Shown here: piece by piece, positions 1 to 9,830 of the stretch
How positions within the stretch are numbered: position 1 is the stretch's first letter
How the letters are laid out: each line of letters opens with the position of its first letter
NCBI GenBank assembly: GCA_964057225.1
Contig: OZ059895.1
Location: 1,240,001-1,304,000, forward strand
Direction of reading: 5' to 3'
Source: Auanema rhodensis
Lineage: Eukaryota > Animalia > Nematoda
DNA: 64,000 bases
The notes under the pieces: generated by a model
What the model was told of the DNA's origin: nothing
Database searches by the model: none
What the model saw: only the letters and a program-made list of their open reading frames with translations
Position numbers and translations under genes: made by a program

Positions 1-20
1 AATGCACCGAGATATCAACT

Positions 21-42
21 GATATAAGTTTACACTTATATC
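21..42. other. Monomer dyad 1: perfect 9-bp inverted repeat with 4-nt loop (in every monomer; the CACATATA variant mismatches it)
   Basis: GATATAAGT-(TCAC/TTAC)-ACTTATATC. Confidence 0.9.
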
Positions 43-116
43 CTCGATTTTCACCCTGAAGAATTAATTTTTTCGTTGAATAACATTGTCCATCGTCTTT
101 GCCTTGAAAAAAGGAA

Positions 117-188
117 TCCAAAAACATCTACTTTTTGCTAAATTATTTTGAAATTTTTCGAAAAAATTTTTGTCAAAATGTTTTTGGA
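117..188. other. Monomer dyad 2: nested imperfect palindrome centred on TTTTTCGAAAAA
   Basis: 12-bp perfect core, flanked by ATTTTGA/TCAAAAT and by TC(C/T)AAAAACAT/ATGTTTTTGGA. Confidence 0.85.
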
Positions 189-192
189 AGCA

Positions 193-220
193 ATGTTGAG
201 TGTACATGGAAACTCAACAT
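193..220. other. Monomer dyad 3: perfect 9-bp inverted repeat with 10-nt loop
   Basis: ATGTTGAGT-GTACATGGAA-ACTCAACAT. Confidence 0.9.
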
Positions 221-303
221 ACACTAATGCATCATTTTTCAAACAATCATAACTAAATTGTGTAATAAGCGTTTCTCAATGTAGTATAGTGCATTCGATG
301 CGG

Positions 304-354
304 ATTTTTAAGCTGCGTCGATCTGTGTTATCAGATTTGCGCTAGCTTAAAAAT
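304..354. other. Monomer dyad 4: ~51-bp imperfect hairpin
   Basis: ATTTTTAAGCT-GCG-TCG-ATCTG-TGTTAT-CAGAT-TTG-CGC-T-AGCTTAAAAAT: 11-bp outer stem, then GCG/CGC and ATCTG/CAGAT inner stems. Confidence 0.88.
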
Positions 355-2787
355 GCACCGAGATATCAACTGATATAAGTTCACACTTATATCCTCGATT
401 TTCACCCTGAAGAATTAATTTTTTTGTTGAATAACATCGTCCATCGTCTTTGCCTTGAAAAATGGAATCTAAAAACATCTACTTTTTGCTAAATTATTTT
501 GAAATTTTTCGAAAAAATTTTTGTCAAAATGTTTTTGGAAGCAATGTTGAGTGTACATGGAAACTCAACATACACTAATGCATCATTTTTCAAACGATCA
601 TAACTAATTTTTGTATCAAGCGTTTCTCGATGTAGTATAGTGCATTCGATGCGGATTTTTAAGCTGCGTCGATCTGTGTTATCAGATTTGCGCTAGCTTA
701 AAAATGCACCGAGATATCAACTGATATATGTTCACACTTATATCCTCGATTTTCACCCTGAAGAATTAATTTTTTCGTTGAATAACATTGTCCATCGTCT
801 TTGCCTTGAAAAAAGGAATCTAAAAACATCTACTTTTTGCTAAATTATTTTGAAATTTTTCGAAAAAATTTTTGTCAAAATGTTTTTGGAAGCAATGTTG
901 AGTGTACATGGAAACTCAACATACACTAATGCATCATTTTTCAAACGATCATAACTAATTTTTGTATTAAGCGTTTCTCCATGTAGTATAGTGCATTCGA
1001 TGCGGTATTTTAAGCTGCGTCGATCTGTGTTATCAGATTTGCGCTAGCTTAAAAATGCACCGAGATATCAACTGATATAAGTTTACACTTATATCCTCGA
1101 TTTTCACCCTGAAGAATTAATTTTTTCGTTGAATAACATTGTCCATCGTCTTTGCCTTGAAAAAAGGAATCCAAAAACATCTACTTTTTGCTGAATTATT
1201 TTGAAATTTTTCGAAAAAATTTTTGTCAAAATGTTTTTGGAAGCAATGTTGAGTGTACATGGAAACTCAACATACACTAATGCATCATTTTTCAAACGAT
1301 CATAACTAATTTTTGTATTAAGCGTTTCTCCATGTAGTATAGTGCATTCGATGCGGTATTTTAAGCTGCGTCGATCTGTGTTATCAGATTTGCGCTAGCT
1401 TAAAAATGCACCGAGATATCAACTGATATAAGTTTACACTTATATCCTCGATTTTCACCCTGAAGAATTAATTTTTTCGTTGAATAACATTGTCCATCGT
1501 CTTTGCCTTGAAAAAAGGAATCCAAAAACATCTACTTTTTGCTAAATTATTTTGAAATTTTTCGAAAAAATTTTTGTCAAAATGTTTTTGGAAGCAATGT
1601 TGAGTGTACATGGAAACTCAACATACACTAATGCATCATTTTTCAAACAATCATAACTAAATTGTGTAATAAGCGTTTCTCAATGTAGTATAGTGCATTC
1701 GATGCGGATTTTTAAGCTGCGTCGATCTGTGTTATCAGATTTGCGCTAGCTTAAAAATGCACCGAGATATCAACTGATATAAGTTCACACTTATATCCTC
1801 GATTTTCACCCTGAAGAATTAATTTTTTTGTTGAATAACATCGTCCATCGTCTTTGCCTTGAAAAATGGAATCTAAAAACATCTACTTTTTGCTAAATTA
1901 TTTTGAAATTTTTCGAAAAAATTTTTGTCAAAATGTTTTTGGAAGCAATGTTGAGTGTACATGGAAACTCAACATACACTAATGCATCATTTTTCAAACG
2001 ATCATAACTAATTTTTGTATCAAGCGTTTCTCGATGTAGTATAGTGCATTCGATGCGGATTTTTAAGCTGCGTCGATCTGTGTTATCAGATTTGCGCTAG
2101 CTTAAAAATGCACCGAGATATCAACTGATATATGTTCACACTTATATCCTCGATTTTCACCCTGAAGAATTAATTTTTTCGTTGAATAACATTGTCCATC
2201 GTCTTTGCCTTGAAAAAAGGAATCTAAAAACATCTACTTTTTGCTAAATTATTTTGAAATTTTTCGAAAAAATTTTTGTCAAAATGTTTTTGGAAGCAAT
2301 GTTGAGTGTACATGGAAACTCAACATACACTAATGCATCATTTTTCAAACGATCATAACTAATTTTTGTATTAAGCGTTTTTCAATGTAGTATAGTGCAT
2401 TCGATGCGGATTTTTAAGCTGCGTCGATCTGTGTTATCAGATTTGCGCTAGCTTAAAAATGCACCGAGATATCAACTGATATAAGTTCACACTTATATCC
2501 TCGATTTTCACCCTGAAGAATTAATTTTTTCGTTGAATAACATTGTCCATCGTCTTTGCCTTGAAAAAAGGAATCTAAAAACATCTACTTTTTGCTAAAT
2601 TATTTTGAAATTTTTCGAAAAAATTTTTGTCAAAATGTTTTTGGAAGCAATGTTGAGTGTACATGGAAACTCAACATACACTAATGCATCATTTTTCAAA
2701 CGATCATAACTAATTCTTGTATTAAGCGTTTCTCAATGTAGTATAGTGCATTCGATGCGGATTTTTAAGCTGCGTCGATCTGTGTTA

Positions 2788-2867
2788 TCAGATTTGCGCT
2801 AGCTTAAAAATGCACCGAGATATCAACTCAGATTTGCGCTAGCTTAAAAATGCACCGAGATATCAAC
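2788..2867 (+). repeat. 40-bp tandem duplication spanning a monomer junction
   Basis: TCAGATTTGCGCTAGCTTAAAAATGCACCGAGATATCAAC occurs at 2788-2827 and again at 2828-2867, shifting array phase by +40. Confidence 0.96.
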
Positions 2868-5800
2868 TGATATAAGTTCACACTTATATCCTCGATTTTC
2901 ACCCTGAAGAATTAATTTTTTCGTTGAATAACATTGTCCATCGTCTTTGCCTTGAAAAAAGGAATCTGAAAACATCTACTTTTTGCTAAATTATTTTGAA
3001 ATTTTTCGAAAAAATTTTTGTCAAAATGTTTTTGGAAGCAATGTTGAGTGTACATGGAAACTCAACATACACTAATGCATCATTTTTCAAACGATCATAA
3101 CTAATTTTTGTATTAAGCGTTTCTCAATTTAGTATAGTGCATTCGATGCGGATTTTTAAGCTGCGTCGATCTGTGTTATCAGATTTGCGCTAGCTGAAAA
3201 ATGCACCGAGATATCAACTGATATAAGTTCACACTTATATCCTCGATTTTCACCCTGAAGAATTAATTTTTTCGTTGAATAACATTGTCCATCGTCTTTG
3301 CCTTGAAAAAAGGAATCTAAAAACATCTACTTTTTGCTAAATTATTTTGAAATTTTTCGAAAAAATTTTTGTCAAAATGTTTTTGGAAGCAATGTTGAGT
3401 GTACATGGAAACTCAACATACACTAATGCATCATTTTTCAAACGATCATAACTAATTTTTGTATTAAGCGTTTCTCGATGTAGTATAGTGCATTCGATGC
3501 GGATTTTTAAGCTGCGTCGTTCTGTGTTATCAGATTTGCGCTAGCTTAAAAATGCACCGAGATATCAACTGATATAAGTTCACACATATATCCTCGATTT
3601 TCACCCTGAAGAATTAATTTTTTCGTTGAATAACATTGTCCATCGTCTTTGCCTTGAAAAAAAGAATCTAAAAACATCTACTTTTTGCTAAATTATTTTG
3701 AAATTTTTCGAAAAAATTTTTGTCAAAATGTTTTTGGAAGCAATGTTGAGTGTACATGGAAACTCAACATACACTAATGCATCATTTTTCAAACGATCAT
3801 AACTTATTTTTGTATTAAGCGTTTCTCGATGTAGTATAGTGCATTCGATGCGGATTTTCAAGCTGCGTCGTTCTGTGTTATCAGATTTGCGCTAGCTTAA
3901 AAATGCACCGAGATATCAACTGATATAAGTTCACACATATATCCTCGATTTTCACCCTGAAGAATTAATTTTTTCGTTGAATAACATTGTCCATCGTCTT
4001 TGCCTTGAAAAAAAGAATCTAAAAACATCTACTTTTTGCTAAATTATTTTGAAATTTTTCGAAAAAATTTTTGTCAAAATGTTTTTGGAAGCAATGTTGA
4101 GTGTACATGGAAACTCAACATACACTAATGCATCATTTTTCAAACGATCATAATTAATTTTTGTATTAAGCGTTTCTCAATGTAGTATAGTGCAATCGAT
4201 GCGGATTTTTAAGCTGCGTCGTTCTGTGTTATCAGATTTGCGCTAGCTTAAAAATGCACCGAGATATCAACTGATATAAGTTCACACATATATCCTCGAT
4301 TTTCACCCTGAAGAATTAATTTTTTCGTTGAATAACATTGTCCATCGTCTTTGCCTTGAAAAAAAGAATCTAAAAACATCTACTTTTTGCTAAATTATTT
4401 TGAAATTTTTCGAAAAAATTTTTGTCAAAATGTTTTTGGAAGCAATGTTGAGTGTACATGGAAACTCAACATACACTAATGCATCATTTTTCAAACGATC
4501 ATAATTAATTTTTGTATTAAGCGTTTCTCAATGTAGTATAGTGCAATCGATGCGGATTTTTAAGCTGCGTCGATCTGTGTTATCAGATTTGCGCTAGCTT
4601 AAAAATGCACCGAGATATCAACTGATATAAGTTCACACATATATCCTCGATTTTCACCCTGAAGAATTAATTTTTTCGTTGAATAACATTGTCCATCGTC
4701 TTTGCCTTGAAAAAAAGAATCTAAAAACATCTACTTTTTGCTAAATTATTTTGAAATTTTTCGAAAAAATTTTTGTCAAAATGTTTTTGGAAGCAATGTT
4801 GAGTGTACATGGAAACTCAACATACACTAATGCATCATTTTTCAAACGATCATAATTAATTTTTGTATTAAGCGTTTCTCAATGTAGTATAGTGCATTCG
4901 ATGCGGATTTTTAAGCTGCGTCGATCTGTGTTATCAGATTTGCGCTAGCTTAAAAATGCACCGAGATATCAACTGATATAAGTTCACACTTATATCCTCG
5001 ATTTTCACCCTGAAGAATTAATTTTTTCGTTGAATAACATTGTCCATCGTCTTTGCCTTGAAAAAAGGAATCTGAAAACATCTACTTTTAGCTAAATTAT
5101 TTTGAAATTTTTCGAAAAAATTTTTGTCAAAATGTTTTTGGAAGCAATGTTGAGTGTACATGGAAACTCAACATACACTAATGCATCATTTTTCAAACGA
5201 TCAGAACTAATTTTTGTATTAAGCGTTTCTCAATTTAGTATAGTGCATTCGATGCGGATTTTTAAGCTGCGTCGATCTGTGTTATCAGATTTGCGCTAGC
5301 TGAAAAATGCACCGAGATATCAACTGATATAAGTTCACACTTATATCCTCGATTTTCACCCTGAAGAATTAATTTTTTCGTTGAATAACATTGTCCATCG
5401 TCTTTGCCTTGAAAAAAGGAATCTAAAAACATCTACTTTTTGCTAAATTATTTTGAAATTTTTCGAAAAAATTTTTGTCAAAATGTTTTTGGAAGCAATA
5501 TTGAGTGTACATGGAAACTCAACATACACTAATGCATCATTTTTCAAACGATCATAACTAATTTTTGTATTAAGCGTTTCTCAATGTAGTATAGTGCATT
5601 CGATGCGGATTTTTAAGCTGCGTCGATCTGTGTTATCAGATTTGCGCTAGCTTAAAAATGCACCGAGATATCAACTGATATAAGTTCACACTTATATCCT
5701 CGATTTTCACCCTGAAGAATTAATTTTTTCGTTGAATAACATTGTCCATCGTCTTTGCCTTGAAAAAAGGAATCTAAAAACATCTACTTTTTGCTAAATT

Positions 5801-6061
5801 ATTTTGAAATTTTTCGAAAAAATTTTTGTCAAAATGTTTTTGGAAGCAATGTTGAGTGTACATGGAAACTCAACATACACTAATGCATCATTTTTCAAAC
5901 GATCATAACTAATTTTTGTATTAAGCGTTTCTCAATGTAGTATAGTGCATTCGATGCGGATTTTTAAGCTGCGTCGATCTGTGTTATCAGATTTGCGCTA
6001 GCTTAAAAATGCACCGAGATATCAACTGATATAAGTTCACACTTATATCCTCGATTTTCAC

Positions 6062-6091
6062 TTTTTCTTTTTTTTTCTTTTCTTTTTTTCT
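6062..6091. other. 30-bp T/C-only junction filler at the left inversion breakpoint (A-rich tail on the minus strand)
   Basis: From 6061 the sequence reads C-T5-C-T9-C-T4-C-T7-C-T3-C-T7-CAAGG. Only the final TTC-T7-CAAGG matches the reverse-complemented monomer. Confidence 0.93.
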
Positions 6092-9000
6092 TTCTTTTTT
6101 TCAAGGCAAAGACGATGGACAATGTTATTCAACGAAAAAATTAATTCTTCAGGGTGAAAATCGAGGATATAAGTGTGAACTTATATCAGTTGATATCTCG
6201 GTGCATTTTTAAGCTAGCGCAAATCTGATAACACAGATCGACGCAGCTTAAAAATCCGCATCGAATGCACTATACTACATTGAGAAACGCTTAATACAAA
6301 AATTAATTATGATCGTTTGAAAAATGATGCATTAGTGTATGTTGAGTTTCCATGTACACTCAACATTGCTTCCAAAAACATTTTGACAAAAATTTTTTCG
6401 AAAAATTTCAAAATAATTTAGCAAAAAGTAGATGTTTTTAGATTCTTTTTTTCAAGGCAAAGACGATGGACAATGTTATTCAACGAAAAAATTAATTCTT
6501 CAGGGTGAAAATCGAGGATATAAGTGTGAACTTATATCAGTTGATATCTCGGTGCATTTTTCAGCTAGCGCAAATCTGATAACACAGATCGACGCAGCTT
6601 AAAAATCCGCATCGAATGCACTATACTAAATTGAGAAACGCTTAATACAAAAATTAGTTCTGATCGTTTGAAAAATGATGCATTAGTGTATGTTGAGTTT
6701 CCATGTACACTCAACATTGCTTCCAAAAACATTTTGACAAAAATTTTTTCGAAAAATTTCAAAATAATTTAGCTAAAAGTAGATGTTTTCAGATTCCTTT
6801 TTTCAAGGCAAAGACGATGGACAATGTTATTCAACGAAAAAATTAATTCTTCAGGGTGAAAATCGAGGATATAAGTGTGAACTTATATCAGTTGATATCT
6901 CGGTGCATTTTTAAGCTAGCGCAAATCTGATAACACAGATCGACGCAGCTTAAAAATCCGCATCGAATGCACTATACTACATTGAGAAACGCTTAATACA
7001 AAAATTAATTATGATCGTTTGAAAAATGATGCATTAGTGTATGTTGAGTTTCCATGTACACTCAACATTGCTTCCAAAAACATTTTGACAAAAATTTTTT
7101 CGAAAAATTTCAAAATAATTTAGCAAAAAGTAGATGTTTTTAGATTCTTTTTTTCAAGGCAAAGACGATGGACAATGTTATTCAACGAAAAAATTAATTC
7201 TTCAGGGTGAAAATCGAGGATATATGTGTGAACTTATATCAGTTGATATCTCGGTGCATTTTTAAGCTAGCGCAAATCTGATAACACAGATCGACGCAGC
7301 TTAAAAATCCGCATCGATTGCACTATACTACATTGAGAAACGCTTAATACAAAAATTAATTATGATCGTTTGAAAAATGATGCATTAGTGTATGTTGAGT
7401 TTCCATGTACACTCAACATTGCTTCCAAAAACATTTTGACAAAAATTTTTTCGAAAAATTTCAAAATAATTTAGCAAAAAGTAGATGTTTTTAGATTCTT
7501 TTTTTCAAGGCAAAGACGATGGACAATGTTATTCAACGAAAAAATTAATTCTTCAGGGTGAAAATCGAGGATATATGTGTGAACTTATATCAGTTGATAT
7601 CTCGGTGCATTTTTAAGCTAGCGCAAATCTGATAACACAGAACGACGCAGCTTGAAAATCCGCATCGAATGCACTATACTACATCGAGAAACGCTTAATA
7701 CAAAAATAAGTTATGATCGTTTGAAAAATGATGCATTAGTGTATGTTGAGTTTCCATGTACACTCAACATTGCTTCCAAAAACATTTTGACAAAAATTTT
7801 TTCGAAAAATTTCAAAATAATTTAGCAAAAAGTAGATGTTTTTAGATTCTTTTTTTCAAGGCAAAGACGATGGACAATGTTATTCAACGAAAAAATTAAT
7901 TCTTCAGGGTGAAAATCGAGGATATATGTGTGAACTTATATCAGTTGATATCTCGGTGCATTTTTAAGCTAGCGCAAATCTGATAACACAGAACGACGCA
8001 GCTTAAAAATCCGCATCGAATGCACTATACTACATCGAGAAACGCTTAATACAAAAATTAGTTATGATCGTTTGAAAAATGATGCATTAGTGTATGTTGA
8101 GTTTCCATGTACACTCAACATTGCTTCCAAAAACATTTTGACAAAAATTTTTTCGAAAAATTTCAAAATAATTTAGCAAAAAGTAGATGTTTTTAGATTC
8201 CTTTTTTCAAGGCAAAGACGATGGACAATGTTATTCAACGAAAAAATTAATTCTTCAGGGTGAAAATCGAGGATATAAGTGTGAACTTATATCAGTTGAT
8301 ATCTCGGTGCATTTTTCAGCTAGCGCAAATCTGATAACACAGATCGACGCAGCTTAAAAATCCGCATCGAATGCACTATACTAAATTGAGAAACGCTTAA
8401 TACAAAAATTAGTTATGATCGTTTGAAAAATGATGCATTAGTGTATGTTGAGTTTCCATGTACACTCAACATTGCTTCCAAAAACATTTTGACAAAAATT
8501 TTTTCGAAAAATTTCAAAATAATTTAGCAAAAAGTAGATGTTTTCAGATTCCTTTTTTCAAGGCAAAGACGATGGACAATGTTATTCAACGAAAAAATTA
8601 ATTCTTCAGGGTGAAAATCGAGGATATAAGTGTGAACTTATATCAGTTGATATCTCGGTGCATTTTTAAGCTAGCGCAAATCTGATAACACAGATCGACG
8701 CAGCTTAAAAATCCGCATCGAATGCACTATACTAAATTGAGAAACGCTTAATACAAAAATTAATTATGATCGTTTGAAAAATGATGCATTAGTGTATGTT
8801 GAGTTTCCATGTACACTCAACATTGCTTCCAAAAACATTTTGACAAAAATTTTTTCGAAAAATTTCAAAATAATTTAGCAAAAAGTAGATGTTTTTAGAT
8901 TCCTTTTTTCAAGGCAAAGACGATGGACAATGTTATTCAACGAAAAAATTAATTCTTCAGGGTGAAAATCGAGGATATATGTGTGAACTTATATCAGTTG

Positions 9001-9830
9001 ATATCTCGGTGCATTTTTCAGCTAGCGCAAATCTGATAACACAGAACGACGCAGCTTAAAAATCCGCATCGAATGCACTATACTACATTGAGAAACGCTT
9101 AATACAAAAATTAGTTATGATCGTTTGAAAAATGATGCATTAGTGTATGTTGAGTTTCCATGTACACTCAACATTGCTTCCAAAAACATTTTGACAAAAA
9201 TTTTTTCGAAAAATTTCAAAATAATTTAGCAAAAAGTAGATGTTTTTAGATTCCTTTTTTCAAGGCAAAGACGATGGACAATGTTATTCAACGAAAAAAT
9301 TAATTCTTCAGGGTGAAAATCGAGGATATAAGTGTGAACTTATATCAGTTGATATCTCGGTGCATTTTTCAGCTAGCGCAAATCTGATAACACAGATCGA
9401 CGCAGCTTAAAAATCCGCATCGAATGCACTATACTAAATTGAGAAACGCTTAATACAAAAATTAGTTCTGATCGTTTGAAAAATGATGCATTAGTGTATG
9501 TTGAGTTTCCATGTACACTCAACATTGCTTCCAAAAACATTTTGACAAAAATTTTTTCGAAAAATTTCAAAATAATTTAGCAAAAAGTAGATGTTTTCAG
9601 ATTCCTTTTTTCAAGGCAAAGACGATGGACAATGTTATTCAACGAAAAAATTAATTCTTCAGGGTGAAAATCGAGGATATAAGTGTGAACTTATATCAGT
9701 TGATATCTCGGTGCATTTTTAAGCTAGCGCAAATCTGATAACACAGATCGACGCAGCTTAAAAATCCGCATCGAATGCACTATACTACATTGAGAAACGC
9801 TTAATACAAAAATTAGTTATGATCGTTTGA
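6092..9830 (-). repeat. Inverted satellite block (~10.6 monomers, reverse complement)
   Basis: The sequence is the reverse complement of the monomer (e.g. TCAAGGCAAAGACGATGGACAATG). The same 65-aa ORF appears on the minus strand at 6565-6762 and 9373-9570. Confidence 0.98.

Larger units (their letters stand above)
1..6061 (+). repeat. Satellite segment 1, forward orientation (~17 monomers), ending at monomer position 54
   Basis: Monomer starts at 1...2809, then 2849...6008. The last monomer breaks after ...TCGATTTTCAC at 6061. Confidence 0.97.

Noticed and set aside
1-351. Tandem RNA gene cluster (5S rRNA, tRNA, snRNA, SL RNA)
   Set aside because: I recognise no such sequence, cloverleaf or convincing Pol III box A/B/C. 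An Rfam/Infernal search would be decisive.
1-351. Monomer as an ancient dimer (~175 bp) or trimer (117 bp), and assignment to a named satellite family
   Set aside because: Only short scattered similarities (AATGCAC/AATGCAT) are visible, not at a consistent offset. A similar length to known insect satellites is not evidence of homology without a database search.
1104-1295. 63-aa minus-strand ORF (also 63241-63432)
   Set aside because: Produced by sporadic single substitutions that remove a stop in 2 of ~182 monomers; chance.
6062-6091. Telomere-like repeat or rho-independent terminator
   Set aside because: T-run lengths are irregular with no fixed unit, and there is no preceding GC-rich stem or gene.
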